Positions 9,877 to 20,818 of a DNA stretch of 64,000 nucleotides are shown here, one piece after another (position 1 is the stretch's first letter; each line of letters starts with the position of its first letter). The stretch lies in the sequence record PZ452609.1; one strand, given 5' to 3'. A model generated the notes under the pieces. That model had not been told where the DNA came from. It did no database searches and worked only from the letters and a program-made list of their open reading frames with translations. Source of the DNA: a phage. A program made the position numbers and the translations under genes.

Positions 9877-10677
9877 ATGAATACTACTGTAGACCAAATG
9901 CTTAAAGAAAAAGGTATTGATGAAGCATTTTTAATCAATGCTGTAGAAAGCATGGCTATGATTCTTCGTGGAAATAACTATACAGAACAGTTTATGCCAA
10001 AAAGCTATAACTTGCCTGAAGATAAAACTGATAACGGTGCTTTTGCAGAGCAGGTTAATATGATGTTGTCAGATACTACACTTGCCCTTGCATCTATTGC
10101 AGTCGGTGTTGATGCGCTTGCAGAGTTCATTTTTTATGAAATGCAAAAGAATGACTATATCAGGATGTCAGATGAAGAAAAGGAACTATTGCTGACTAAG
10201 GATACTGATTTCCTTATTGACACACTAATCTCATCAACAAGTGCTGTTATGGCAGTTCTTGAGAAGCGCATGGAAGAGAAACTTTCACGATATGAAAAAC
10301 TTGATTGGGGCGTAGAAGAGTTAAGCCCACGAATCAAAGAAATTATCCAGCAAACTAAAGAGTCTTTGGAAGAAGCTGTTGAAAATGACTCTGTAGCTAA
10401 TATAGAACCTCTTCAGGTGAAAGTTGCACTGATGATTCCAGCTATCTCTACGATGATGAATATCGTTGCACTAATCCAACTTTCACAGATGATGGGTGTA
10501 AGTATTGAGTTCATTGAAGAGATGACTGGTGGCGTTAGTATGCAAGCAATCAATGATGTTTTGGTGAACATCGGTGCTTCAATCATTGAAGAGAAACTAC
10601 GCATTAACTTCGGTGATGATTTTGTGAAGCAAATCTCAGCTATGGCTGAAAAAGAGTCTGCTGAGCAACTGCACTAA
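9877..10677 (+). CDS. hypothetical protein
   Basis: 266-aa ORF. Confidence 0.45.
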   Translation: MNTTVDQMLKEKGIDEAFLINAVESMAMILRGNNYTEQFMPKSYNLPEDKTDNGAFAEQVNMMLSDTTLALASIAVGVDALAEFIFYEMQKNDYIRMSDEEKELLLTKDTDFLIDTLISSTSAVMAVLEKRMEEKLSRYEKLDWGVEELSPRIKEIIQQTKESLEEAVENDSVANIEPLQVKVALMIPAISTMMNIVALIQLSQMMGVSIEFIEEMTGGVSMQAINDVLVNIGASIIEEKLRINFGDDFVKQISAMAEKESAEQLH

Positions 10678-10738
10678 GTCTTTATAAATCTTACAAGCCT
10701 CCTTAGTTGGGGGCTTTTTAGTAATTAAGGGAGATAAA

Positions 10739-11482
10739 ATGAGTAATATTATCGCATTTACTGGAAAGGCACGTTCTGGAAAAGACACCTCATGTTCTAT
10801 TGTGAAGAACATCTTAGAGGATGAGTACGGCTACAATGTTGCTGTAATGGCCTTTGCAGACAACCTTAAACTGTCTGCATCAAAGATATTTGACCTGACT
10901 TGGAATGACCTGTATGGTGAAACTAAAGAGACTCCACAAGTATTTGACTTATCATATCCTGAACTGATGTTTAAAGTTACGGAAGCTATGGAGTTCACCT
11001 TCAGAGATGAACGTTACCATATGGACTTCAAGCTTATGTCAGAGTTAACCGGACGATTAATCATGGAGCTTAAGAAGGTTGCTAAACCTACCCTATTAAC
11101 ACGTCTGGGATTTAGTAAAAAGTATAAATTCTCATCAAGACAAATTCAACAGATTTGGGGTACTGAAGTTGTCCGTAAAGTAATGGGCGACAAGTTCTGG
11201 TCTAAAGACCTTGAAAAAAGAATGGTTAGATTCCATGAAATGTGCTCACTTAGAAATCAATATGGTTTTGTCTTAATCAGTGATTTAAGATTTGACTCTG
11301 AAGCTGAATGGCTGAGTAGATTTGCACACCAAACTATTGAAGTAAAAAGAGACAATGTGGACAAGGTTTCATCACATGTTTCAGAAAATGGGATTTCTAC
11401 AAAATATGAGCGTGACATTATTCATAATAATGGTACTCTTGCAGACCTTGAGAACAAGCTAAGAGCCATCATTAAAGTTTAA
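10739..11482 (+). CDS. deoxynucleoside monophosphate kinase-like P-loop protein
   Basis: N-terminal FTGKARSGKDT resembles the T4 gp1 dNMP kinase P-loop GVKRSGKDT. Confidence 0.55.
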   Translation: MSNIIAFTGKARSGKDTSCSIVKNILEDEYGYNVAVMAFADNLKLSASKIFDLTWNDLYGETKETPQVFDLSYPELMFKVTEAMEFTFRDERYHMDFKLMSELTGRLIMELKKVAKPTLLTRLGFSKKYKFSSRQIQQIWGTEVVRKVMGDKFWSKDLEKRMVRFHEMCSLRNQYGFVLISDLRFDSEAEWLSRFAHQTIEVKRDNVDKVSSHVSENGISTKYERDIIHNNGTLADLENKLRAIIKV

Positions 11483-11490
11483 AAGAGATA

Positions 11491-11691
11491 ATGAAGATGA
11501 GAGTAAAAGACAATTTTAAAGTTATTGACCACCGTTTAGTGGAACTCTCATCTCTTTCCAATGAGGTAATGATTGAACGTCTTAAGAGAGTTGAATCACG
11601 AAGGAAAGAGATTGCAGATGAAATTCATGAACTGGACAAGATTGAAAATGGATTGAAGGCAGAACTACAACGAAGAGGTGCTAATGTCTAA
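11491..11691 (+). CDS. hypothetical small protein
   Basis: 66-aa ORF. Confidence 0.35.
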   Translation: MKMRVKDNFKVIDHRLVELSSLSNEVMIERLKRVESRRKEIADEIHELDKIENGLKAELQRRGANV

Positions 11692-13669
11692 AGGTCGTAA
11701 ATTGAAAGAGGCTGGTCAGTTTGTTGGTCATTGCGCATGTCCACGTTGTGGTTCATCAGATGCTGGTTCAATCTATCATCATGACGATGATTCTTATTCA
11801 ATGACTTGCTTTAGTTGTAACAAAGGTTTCCCAGAGTGGGATTTTGATAAAGGACAAATCGTGAGCACTTATTCTACTGGTTCAGACAATAAAAACCGTA
11901 CTTTCCGTGGAATGGATTTAGACGATGTAAAAGAAAACCTAGAAGCAATGGACTTGAAAGATAGGAAGATTCCTGCAAAAGTCCTTGAACGCTTAGGTAT
12001 CAAGGTTGACATTGACAGTGACGGTGAAATTGATGCGCACTTCTATCCAACTTACAAACGTAATGAAGATGGTAAGCTAGAACATGTTGGCTACCGTGTT
12101 CGTCACCGTTACCCAGAAGACCATCCAAAAGAGCACCTACGTGGTAAGCTAAAAGACTTTTCAGGTGGTGTTGGAGACATTAAAGGTGAACTGGCAATGT
12201 TCGGTTCATGGATTGCTCCAGAAGGTGGTAACCGTCTATTCATCTGGGAAGGTGAGATGGAATGTGCGACAGCAATCTATATGACCTCTCTTGCGATTAA
12301 AGACAAGTCTCGTCGTAAGAATTACTGTCATGTATCTGTTCCGTCAGGTGCAAACATTAAGTCTATCAAAGATAACTATCAGTACATCACATCATTTGAT
12401 GAAATTTACTTGTGCTTTGATAACGATGAAGCAGGTGCTAAAGCTACCAAAGAGGCTGCTGGTATCTTACCTATTGAGAAGGTTCGTTTATTCCAGTATC
12501 CAGAGGGTGTAAAAGACCTTAACGAATGGTGGACAAAGTTCTATAAAGAGAAAGACACAGTTCTGGAAGGATTTAAGCAGCGTATCTACAACGCACCTCG
12601 TTACTGTCCTGCTGGTATCAAGAACTTTGCAGATGGTTTTGAGGCAATGAAGAATCGTGGTCAGATTCCATTGATTCCTTTCCCAGAATCTTTCGGGGAT
12701 TTGAACAGACTGACTTACGGTGGTTATGGTTTGGGTGAGATTACAACTATTGCAGCACCATCTTCAGTAGGTAAGTCAGCTTACACTCGTGAGATGATTT
12801 ATTCAGCTTGGAAAGAAACTGATTACAATATCGGTGTAATTCCGGTTGAAGATACCTATGAAGAGTTGATGGAGATGCTCTGTGCAATCCACCTGAGCAA
12901 GCAGATTTCTGAGATTCCTTATGACGAACGTGATTGGGATGAATTGAAGGAGGCACACGCAGAACTGTCTAAAGGTCGTCGTATCCACATCGTTGACCAT
13001 CAAGGGGCAATTGACCAAGATAACTTGCTGGAATTTGTTGATTATCTGGTTAACAGTTTAGACTGCAAGATTATTATTCTTGACCCTATTACGTTGGCTC
13101 TGTCACGTTCAGATACGGATGAAGAGGAAGTTTTATCTGAGCTATTGCGTCGTTGCAAACGCTACCAGTATGCACAAGTGAACGTCTGTCACGTTCGTAA
13201 GAGTGCAGGTGGTCAGAAGGCTAACTCTGAAGGTGGGGATATCTCTGAAGAGGATATTAAAGGCTCTGGTGCGTATTTCCAGATTTCTATGAACAACATT
13301 CTGTTAATGCGTAACAAGGTTGACCCAGACCCTGTTAAGAAAAACTTGACAAAAATCAAGCTAACTAAATGTCGTCGTCATGGTAAGTCAACGGGTATTG
13401 CTGGTCATACTTGGTACAATCCAGATACAGGACGCCTCATCAAAGCATCTGGTTGCGGAGTTGACATTGATGGTGCAGCAGAAAATATTCGCCAACAGTT
13501 TGGTATTGGTGAAGCTGAAGACCATTATGATGACTCTTTGCCTCATTATGAGGATGAAGTGTTTGACCGTGAGACTGGTGAAGTCTATACTGAAGAGCAG
13601 CGTCAAAGCTCAACGATTCCACCTGTATTAAGTGAGGATGCAGATGACTGCCCATTCGAAACTGAGTGA
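11684..13669 (+). CDS. DNA primase-helicase (T7 gp4-like)
   Basis: N-terminal Cys4 zinc ribbon (CACPRCG..CFSCNKG), central primase-like region, Walker A AAPSSVGKSA; ATG start with GAGGTG RBS. Confidence 0.8.
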   Translation: MSKGRKLKEAGQFVGHCACPRCGSSDAGSIYHHDDDSYSMTCFSCNKGFPEWDFDKGQIVSTYSTGSDNKNRTFRGMDLDDVKENLEAMDLKDRKIPAKVLERLGIKVDIDSDGEIDAHFYPTYKRNEDGKLEHVGYRVRHRYPEDHPKEHLRGKLKDFSGGVGDIKGELAMFGSWIAPEGGNRLFIWEGEMECATAIYMTSLAIKDKSRRKNYCHVSVPSGANIKSIKDNYQYITSFDEIYLCFDNDEAGAKATKEAAGILPIEKVRLFQYPEGVKDLNEWWTKFYKEKDTVLEGFKQRIYNAPRYCPAGIKNFADGFEAMKNRGQIPLIPFPESFGDLNRLTYGGYGLGEITTIAAPSSVGKSAYTREMIYSAWKETDYNIGVIPVEDTYEELMEMLCAIHLSKQISEIPYDERDWDELKEAHAELSKGRRIHIVDHQGAIDQDNLLEFVDYLVNSLDCKIIILDPITLALSRSDTDEEEVLSELLRRCKRYQYAQVNVCHVRKSAGGQKANSEGGDISEEDIKGSGAYFQISMNNILLMRNKVDPDPVKKNLTKIKLTKCRRHGKSTGIAGHTWYNPDTGRLIKASGCGVDIDGAAENIRQQFGIGEAEDHYDDSLPHYEDEVFDRETGEVYTEEQRQSSTIPPVLSEDADDCPFETE

Positions 13670-14078
13670 TAGTTATAAAAGAGAGGGGTTCACACCCTTC
13701 TTTGAAGAAAAAAGTTTAAATAAATTTCAGGAAGAGTGTTTGACAAAGGTTGATAGGTTCTATAGAATGCTCTACATGAAATGTGATGGAGGTGTTGAGG
13801 TAGAAGAAAAGTTCCACCACAGTATTATCACAGTCACTATTACTATACCTCAGCATAATATTGGTTGGCTGTTTATAATGAAAGAAAATGTGTTTGAATA
13901 TCAAGTATATCGGAGAATATCATGAAACACTCTAAAGCATTTGAAAAAGTTTTTGGGGATTCCTTAAAAGCCACTGCTGGAAAACCAGCAAAGTACTATG
14001 AAGAGAAGCGTGTAAGAACTGGAAAAACTGCACGTAAAGCAGCTTCTAAAGATAAGCACAACTTCCAGTAATTAATCT

Positions 14079-14107
14079 TTGACAATAGAGTATCAACAAA
14101 TTAGAAT
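14079..14107 (+). promoter_or_regulatory. sigma70-like promoter upstream of the SSB-like gene
   Basis: TTGACA, 17-bp spacer, TAGAAT. Confidence 0.45.
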
Positions 14108-14143
14108 TGGTACTCTTCATAAATTGAGATAGAGGTTTAAATA

Positions 14144-15001
14144 ATGTCTAAAGTTGTTAAAATGAAAGCTCCGGTAGAGAAGTACAACGGTACTGAACGT
14201 CAAACTCTGCGTTACCTGCTGAAAGATGTATGGTTTTATTACCTGAATACTTCACCACGTCCGGGAAAAGGTAAGTCTATTGATAAGAAATTCCCAGGCA
14301 AAGACTGTAACTACAGCGTTTCAATTCTGGCAGAAGATGGTAACAAGCTGTTTAAAGAGTTTACTAAGTCTAAGAAAAACCCAGAAGGTTGGGATAAAGT
14401 TACTACTGAAGCAGTTGATGCAGATGACTTCGAAGAGAAGTTTGGTTGCAAACCACCATTTGAAGCAGACACTTACTACATCTTGAAAGTAAGTCGTGCA
14501 GCAGCTTATAAAGATGGTGCTGTATGGACAGCTAAACAGTCATTCCCTGTAATGCTGATTGAAGAAGTAAATGGTAAGCGTGTAGCTGTTAAGCAGCCGA
14601 TGAAGAAAATCAAAGCTCAAGCATCTGACAAACATGAAGATGATAAGAACTATGATGTAATTCATCCAGATATTGCAGTTGGTAACGGTTCTTTTGGTAG
14701 CGTGATTCTTTCTACTCACTTCTACACTTTTGAGAACAATGTTCTGACAAAACCTATTCAGGAACAGTTTATCATTGATACTCTTGTACCTTACACTGGT
14801 GGTAACGGTGCTAACGGTGAACCTGAACTGGATGAAGACGAACTGGCTATGCTTGGTCTTGATGGTGTCGAAGATAACGGTGAAATCACTGAAGAAGACG
14901 CAACAGACCATAAATCTTCGAATGATTCTGATGATGGCGATGACGAAGATTTGCCAGACCCAGATGACGAAGAAGATGAAGACTTCGATACAGAAGACTA
15001 A
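14144..15001 (+). CDS. single-stranded DNA-binding protein-like
   Basis: 285 aa with strongly acidic C-terminal tail (..DDGDDEDLPDPDDEEDEDFDTED) as in phage SSBs. Confidence 0.45.
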   Translation: MSKVVKMKAPVEKYNGTERQTLRYLLKDVWFYYLNTSPRPGKGKSIDKKFPGKDCNYSVSILAEDGNKLFKEFTKSKKNPEGWDKVTTEAVDADDFEEKFGCKPPFEADTYYILKVSRAAAYKDGAVWTAKQSFPVMLIEEVNGKRVAVKQPMKKIKAQASDKHEDDKNYDVIHPDIAVGNGSFGSVILSTHFYTFENNVLTKPIQEQFIIDTLVPYTGGNGANGEPELDEDELAMLGLDGVEDNGEITEEDATDHKSSNDSDDGDDEDLPDPDDEEDEDFDTED

Positions 15002-15063
15002 TCTCTAAAAGTTACTTTAAAGCCCTGTACTTAGTATGGGGCTTTTTCATATGGAGAGCCATA

Positions 15064-16104
15064 ATGGAGAAGTACACATTAACAAAGCTTCCCGATTCAG
15101 TTACACATGTCTTTATTGACTCTGACAGTATTGCCTATAAAGGTGCTTGTGTAGTTGAGAAAGCAAAGTATAAATACGTTAATAAACTCACAGCAGAAGA
15201 GTCTGAACCATTTGATAATGCGAAAGATGCTGCAAGATGGTTAGCAGACCAGAGAATCCTTGTGGAAGAGCTTGGCCTGACATTTGAGGAAGATGAATGG
15301 GAAAGACAAACTTGGAAAGAAGCTAAGAGTGAAAAAGAAGCTATCATGGCTACTCAACAGGTGCTTCAGGAATGGCTTAAGATTGTTGGTAAAGAAAGAA
15401 CTTGGGTAGGTTATTTAACAGAGAAGGGTGTGCATAAACATAAAGACATTAAAGGTCTTGAGCACCAATATCAAGGTAATCGTAAAGATGCTGTCACACC
15501 AACACACTTAGTCGCTTGTCGTGAATACCTTTTATCCAGACCAGAGTTCAAGCTCTTAAAGGGGGGCTTCGAAGCCGATTCAATCGTAATTGCTAAAGCT
15601 GAAAAGATGGGTAAGAAGGCTGCTCTTATGAGTATTGACAAAGACCTTCGACAAGCTGAAGGAACTTATTGTATTGATATGACTTATGAAAAATCACCAC
15701 TAATCTTTATTGCTGATAATAATGTTGGTGATATCTGGGATTGTCCTATCAAATCAAAACCAAAAGCTGCAAAAACAGTTGGTGTAGGTTTTAAATTCTT
15801 GTGCTATCAGGCTGTTGCTGGAGATAATGCAGACAACTACTTCGGACTTAAAGGTGCTGGTAAAGTGGCTGTGATGAATGCTTTAGATGGTAAAGAGACC
15901 TACAAAGAGTGTCTTGATGCTATCTATGAACTCTATGCTAAAAAAGACTCTTACACCTATGTATCATGGGATGGACAGACAGTTACAAAGACACCGTTAG
16001 AGCTAATGGAACAGCATTTCTGGATAGCTTATCAAGAAAGAAATCCAAAAGATAATTTCTCTTTTAAGAAATATAATTGGGAGCCGTGTATGAATGAAGA
16101 TTAA
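15064..16104 (+). CDS. 5'-3' exonuclease / flap endonuclease
   Basis: N-terminal VFIDSDSIAY and H3TH-like GLKGAGKVAV motifs. Confidence 0.5.
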   Translation: MEKYTLTKLPDSVTHVFIDSDSIAYKGACVVEKAKYKYVNKLTAEESEPFDNAKDAARWLADQRILVEELGLTFEEDEWERQTWKEAKSEKEAIMATQQVLQEWLKIVGKERTWVGYLTEKGVHKHKDIKGLEHQYQGNRKDAVTPTHLVACREYLLSRPEFKLLKGGFEADSIVIAKAEKMGKKAALMSIDKDLRQAEGTYCIDMTYEKSPLIFIADNNVGDIWDCPIKSKPKAAKTVGVGFKFLCYQAVAGDNADNYFGLKGAGKVAVMNALDGKETYKECLDAIYELYAKKDSYTYVSWDGQTVTKTPLELMEQHFWIAYQERNPKDNFSFKKYNWEPCMNED

Positions 16105-16591
16105 AGGATTTGGCAATTGCCCCACCTATGGTCATTGGGTGTCTTTATGTGGGGAAGTTGACCCCACTAAACATTTTGGTTTTGTCTATTTAGTACACTG
16201 TAAGAAAACCGGACAATATTATATCGGAAAGAAACAGCTTAATAGTGTGACTAAAAGAAAAGTTGCTGGCAAGACTCGGAAGAAGGTAGTCACTAAGGAG
16301 AGTGATTGGATGACTTATGAAACTTCTTCTGAGTATATTAAAAAAGATATTGAGAGCTTTGGAAAAGAATTTTTTGACTTTTACATTATTCAGACCTACT
16401 ACACAAAAGGTGGCCTAGTCTATGGTGAAGCAAATCTTCAACATAAATTCGATGTAATGACAAAAAGGATTGACTCTAAGCTCAGACTCTTCTACAATGC
16501 CAATATTGCAGCAATTAAGTTTATTACTAAAGAAACTTATGAAGATGCTGAAAAAAGAATCCATAAGGTAATGAAAGCAAACTGTGCTTGA
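16094..16591 (+). CDS. putative GIY-YIG endonuclease
   Basis: GFVYLV..GQYYIGKK matches GIY-(10 aa)-YIG spacing. Confidence 0.4.
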   Translation: MKIKGFGNCPTYGHWVSLCGEVDPTKHFGFVYLVHCKKTGQYYIGKKQLNSVTKRKVAGKTRKKVVTKESDWMTYETSSEYIKKDIESFGKEFFDFYIIQTYYTKGGLVYGEANLQHKFDVMTKRIDSKLRLFYNANIAAIKFITKETYEDAEKRIHKVMKANCA

Positions 16592-16597
16592 TAACTA

Positions 16598-16861
16598 TTG
16601 AGAGAGAATAAAATGTTTAATAAAAGCAAAGCTGTGAGTCATGTAGCAAAAGTTGACAGTAAGATTGAAGAACTTGAGCGCATTCTTGCAAATGCTAGAG
16701 AGTCGATAATTAAAGAAGTTGAAGCTGTTGAATCTCAAATGCAGCACCTAATGCTTAAACGCCAAGAGCTACGTGAACATCTGGAATATATTGAAACACG
16801 AGAGCTAAAGGTTAACAGATATTTTAAGGAGTCCAAATGTTTAACTCAAGAGAATCAGTAA
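16598..16861 (+). CDS. hypothetical coiled-coil protein
   Basis: 87-aa ORF. Confidence 0.3.
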   Translation: MRENKMFNKSKAVSHVAKVDSKIEELERILANARESIIKEVEAVESQMQHLMLKRQELREHLEYIETRELKVNRYFKESKCLTQENQ

Positions 16862-17592
16862 AAAACTGGAATCTTCGTTGCGGAAAAACTCAAAAACAAC
16901 CATACAGTAATGAGTATTGGGAGTCTTTGAAATCTCAATCTCTGTGTATGCTTGAAGAAGCAAAAGAGCTTGTAAAAGCGATTGAAGAGAAAGACCCCAT
17001 TGAGACACTGGATGCTCAGGCAGATTTGCAATATGTTCTTGACGGTTTGATTTACCTGTCACAACATGACCATAACGGTGCTATGAAAGCTGTTTGCCAT
17101 AATAATGACCTGAAATACACAGACGATTATGAAGAAGCTTTAAAACGTCTTGCAGATATTGAGAAGCGTACTGGTCAAGATTGTATTGTCAGAATGTCAG
17201 TAGTTGATGGTAAAGAGTGGTACGCAATTGTTCGTGTAGCCGATGGGAAGATTATGAAGCAATCGAATCTCCCAAAAGTACAGCTTGGTGAATACATTGT
17301 AGAACTTGAAAGCCAAGAACTTTTTGTGGTAGTATCTGAGACATGCGTTATCTGCAAAGGTATTGTAGGTAGCTTAAAGGATTTGGGTGTAGATGGTTTT
17401 GTAGAAGTTAATCCAATTACCTCTAAAGCAGATAAAGATTTCTGTAAAGAGAACGGACTATGGATTGCAGATATTGTCTACTATGATGGTGAGCAGTTCC
17501 ATGTAACCTCATACCCGAAACTGAATTATGATGCTAATAACCTGAAGTGCTGGTTAAAAGGGGTTGGTTATAATGGATTCACAGAACATTAA
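16837..17592 (+). CDS. hypothetical protein
   Basis: 251-aa ORF. Confidence 0.45.
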   Translation: MFNSRESVKNWNLRCGKTQKQPYSNEYWESLKSQSLCMLEEAKELVKAIEEKDPIETLDAQADLQYVLDGLIYLSQHDHNGAMKAVCHNNDLKYTDDYEEALKRLADIEKRTGQDCIVRMSVVDGKEWYAIVRVADGKIMKQSNLPKVQLGEYIVELESQELFVVVSETCVICKGIVGSLKDLGVDGFVEVNPITSKADKDFCKENGLWIADIVYYDGEQFHVTSYPKLNYDANNLKCWLKGVGYNGFTEH

Positions 17593-17896
17593 TAAAGAAG
17601 GTGTGGCTCAGAAGAGCCACTTCTCAAACTACAATATTTCTATGACGGTGTTTATGAATGACCCGTTACTAGAAAAATATGGTGAGACTCCAGATACACT
17701 TCTGGACAATGAACAAGTTTTAAAAGCAGTCCTGTACAAATACGGGATTGATATTGAGAAAGAATATTCTTTTGAAATCTGCCAACACAGGAATACTTTT
17801 GGTAAAGTTGTAATGGCTCCACTATTCATGGGTGTAGAAAGAACTGACTATGGTTGGTTATATCTAAAAAGAAACTTGGAGAAATACCGTGTCTAA
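17564..17896 (+). CDS. hypothetical protein
   Basis: 110-aa ORF. Confidence 0.35.
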   Translation: MVIMDSQNINKEGVAQKSHFSNYNISMTVFMNDPLLEKYGETPDTLLDNEQVLKAVLYKYGIDIEKEYSFEICQHRNTFGKVVMAPLFMGVERTDYGWLYLKRNLEKYRV

Positions 17897-18224
17897 AGCA
17901 AAAAAGCTATCTTATGATGACATTATCTCAGGTGCTAAATTAGGTGTTGATAGTATCGGACAAGATGTTAAGCACGGTGACACAGTTATGTACTGTGACG
18001 ACCGAAGAGGCAGAAGCGCAATCTTGTTTGGAAGAATTGTTTGCAAAATGCGAGGCAATTACGTTGTTGCAGACATGGATGTGAATGTCACACAAAAACT
18101 TGAAACAATTATGGATGATAGTACACCATCATGGTTCCTGAATTGTATGCACACCTCTTCAGTCACAAAGGTAAGTGATAAGTTTTACGATATGTGGCAG
18201 AATGAGCAAATTTTCAAGATTTAA
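17889..18224 (+). CDS. hypothetical protein
   Basis: 111-aa ORF. Confidence 0.35.
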   Translation: MSKAKKLSYDDIISGAKLGVDSIGQDVKHGDTVMYCDDRRGRSAILFGRIVCKMRGNYVVADMDVNVTQKLETIMDDSTPSWFLNCMHTSSVTKVSDKFYDMWQNEQIFKI

Positions 18225-18228
18225 ACTA

Positions 18229-18253
18229 GGGAGCCTCTTCGGAGGCTCTTTTC
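18229..18253 (+). terminator. rho-independent terminator (UUCG-type loop)
   Basis: gggagcctc-ttcg-gaggctc then ttttc. Confidence 0.55.
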
Positions 18254-18270
18254 ATCTGTAGGATTTAAAA

Positions 18271-20505
18271 ATGATTAAGACAATTAAAAAATCAAACGGC
18301 ACAGTAGTAAGCTTTGACCCAGAAAGACTGAATAAGTGGGCATCATGGGCAGACAAGCGTGGAATTATCTGGTCAGAAGTCACTATGGAAGCTATGAAAC
18401 GTGTCTATGAAGGTTGCACCACAAAAGAGATGCACCAAGCCATGATTGATGTTTGTGTTGATAAACAAACTCAAGAGTACTCAGATATGGCTGGACGGCT
18501 ACTTCTGGGTATTATCTACAAAGAAGCCTTTGGAGGCTTTACTAAGGTTCCTACGCTGATTACCTTCGTTAAAAATATGGAGAGAGCAGGACTTTGGGAG
18601 AAGATGGATTATTCACAGGAAGAGCTTGAATATCTGCAAGGTTACATCGTACACTCAAAAGATATCTCTTACGGCTATGCAGTATTGAAACAGTTCAGAG
18701 ACAAGTATGGTATCCGTGATATTAAAACTGGAAGACTTTTTGAGTCACCACAATTTATGTTTATGGGCATGGCTATGAAAGCCTTTGAGAAGCAACCAAA
18801 GCACCGTAGACTACAAGATGTTATCAAGCTGTACACTTACCTATCTGACCTGAAGATTAACGCTCCTACGCCTTATTTAAACGGTTTAAGAGCAACTAAA
18901 TCAGGCTATGCGTCATGCTGTTTGATTAAGGCAAATGATACTGCTGAATCACTTGGTATTGCTGCAAAGGTTGCTTATGATATGACTACAAAGCAAGCTG
19001 GTATTGGTATGCTGATGGAGACTCGCACTATTGGTGATGGTATCCGTCAAAATACGATTGAGCACATGGGTAAGCTACCTTATTACAAGCTTGTACGTTC
19101 ATCTGTAGAGGCAAACAAACAGAAGAGTCGTGGTGGTTCAGCTAATAACTTCTACACTGCTCTAGACCCGCAGATTGAAGATTTACTGCGTTTGAAGCAC
19201 CCTACAACGGTTCCTTCTAAACGTATTAATGAGATGGACTACTCATTCGGTACAAACGATTATTTCTGGCAGTGTGTTCAGTATGATACAGATTGGTTGC
19301 TATTCTCTTACAAAGATGCACCAAAACTCTATGACATGTTCTACACAGCATCTGCTGATGAGTTTGCTATGGCAGTTGGTCATGCAGTACATTCAGGTGT
19401 TAAACACAGACGAGTCAAGGCTCGTGAAATTGCTAAGCTGTTTATTCAACAGCGTTATGCTACAGGTCGTGTGTATCCATTCTTCACTAACAATGCAAAC
19501 ACACATACACCATTTAAAGAACCATTGAAGATGTCAAATCTTTGTATGGAAATTGTATTGCCAGTGTATGGTTTTGAGAAAGAGACAGACCTTTACAGAG
19601 ACGATGCTGTGAAAGAGGATGGTGAGGTAGCTCTTTGCTTCCTAGCTAGTTTGGTTGCAGGGAGAATTTCAGAAGATGAATACGCTGACGTTGCTTATTA
19701 TGCTCTTGCAATGGTTGACTCCGTTATTGACCTTATGGATTATCCGTATCCGTCGATGCGTAACCATGTTCAGAAGCGTCGTTCTGTTGGGATTGGCCTT
19801 ACAAATGTGGCTCATTACCTTGCGAAGAACTACGTGAACTATTCTTCAAGAGCAGGTAAGACGAAGCTTCATGAGCTTGCTGAAATGCACTCTTACTACT
19901 TACACGAAGCTTCTTTGAGACTTGCTAAAGAACGTGGTGTACCTGAGTATATGAAGTTCACTAAGTATCCTGAAGGGTGGGTTCCTCCAAAGACAGCTAA
20001 CAAGAAGATTGATGAAAAGCATGATGCGAAACTACGATATGATTGGGATGACTTAGCACAACGTATCAAAGAGAATGGTGGAATCCGAAACTCTGTATTA
20101 GAAGCTTACATGCCTAATGAGAGTTCTTCACTAGCAACTAATACGACAAATGGCTTGTACCCAATTCGTGACTTTATTTTAACTAAAAAGTCTGCAACTG
20201 GTAACGTACTGTTTATTGTTCCAGATTATGAAGAGTTGAAGTATGTCTATGAAATTGCTTGGGATATTGACACCTTTGATATGATTGATTGTTATGCAAT
20301 TGTTCAAAAGTTCACTGGTCAAGCTATCTCTTCAGACTTCTATGTTGACTATGCAAAGTCTAAGAAGGTATCATTGGCTCAAGCTCTGAAGTACATGATT
20401 TATGCCAACTCGGTAGGTATGAAAACCATGTACTACCTTAACAGTCGCATTGGTGTAGGTAAATCTGCACTGCAAGATGCTTATTGCGAGGGCTGCGGTG
20501 TTTAG
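18271..20505 (+). CDS. nrdA: ribonucleoside-diphosphate reductase alpha subunit (class Ia)
   Basis: 744 aa; N-terminal ATP-cone-like region; followed by nrdB and a redoxin. Confidence 0.85.
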   Translation: MIKTIKKSNGTVVSFDPERLNKWASWADKRGIIWSEVTMEAMKRVYEGCTTKEMHQAMIDVCVDKQTQEYSDMAGRLLLGIIYKEAFGGFTKVPTLITFVKNMERAGLWEKMDYSQEELEYLQGYIVHSKDISYGYAVLKQFRDKYGIRDIKTGRLFESPQFMFMGMAMKAFEKQPKHRRLQDVIKLYTYLSDLKINAPTPYLNGLRATKSGYASCCLIKANDTAESLGIAAKVAYDMTTKQAGIGMLMETRTIGDGIRQNTIEHMGKLPYYKLVRSSVEANKQKSRGGSANNFYTALDPQIEDLLRLKHPTTVPSKRINEMDYSFGTNDYFWQCVQYDTDWLLFSYKDAPKLYDMFYTASADEFAMAVGHAVHSGVKHRRVKAREIAKLFIQQRYATGRVYPFFTNNANTHTPFKEPLKMSNLCMEIVLPVYGFEKETDLYRDDAVKEDGEVALCFLASLVAGRISEDEYADVAYYALAMVDSVIDLMDYPYPSMRNHVQKRRSVGIGLTNVAHYLAKNYVNYSSRAGKTKLHELAEMHSYYLHEASLRLAKERGVPEYMKFTKYPEGWVPPKTANKKIDEKHDAKLRYDWDDLAQRIKENGGIRNSVLEAYMPNESSSLATNTTNGLYPIRDFILTKKSATGNVLFIVPDYEELKYVYEIAWDIDTFDMIDCYAIVQKFTGQAISSDFYVDYAKSKKVSLAQALKYMIYANSVGMKTMYYLNSRIGVGKSALQDAYCEGCGV

Positions 20506-20560
20506 TTTTAACAACTATGAGGGTCGTAAAAGACCCTCTAAAAATAACTTTGGAGAGAGT

Positions 20561-20818
20561 ATGAAGGACTTAATAGCAAATCATGAGTGGCCAATTTATC
20601 TGCTCTACAAACCTCGGAAAACGTTGTACTATGTAAGTAGCACAGATATGATGATAAAACAAAATGATGACTCATGGGTTGATGGTGTGTCATACATCTC
20701 TACAGCAGATGGTAAAATCTATGCAAGACCATATGAAATGTTCAATGAAGAAAATTGGGAAGTTCTAGACCGAAAACAAGCCTTAGAAATGATAAAGAAA
20801 GGAGAAATCACACTATGA
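20561..20818 (+). CDS. hypothetical protein
   Basis: Start moved to MKDLIANHEW with GGAGAG RBS. Confidence 0.35.
   Translation: MKDLIANHEWPIYLLYKPRKTLYYVSSTDMMIKQNDDSWVDGVSYISTADGKIYARPYEMFNEENWEVLDRKQALEMIKKGEITL

Noticed and set aside
12291-13655. Several 60-90-aa ORFs on both strands inside the primase-helicase gene
   Set aside because: Embedded in a long, motif-supported coding region; no independent signals.
13632-13925. 97-aa ORF overlapping the 3' end of the primase-helicase gene
   Set aside because: Overlaps a strong gene and lacks a clear ribosome-binding site; a 49-aa ORF at 13921-14070 is a more plausible small gene but too short to call.
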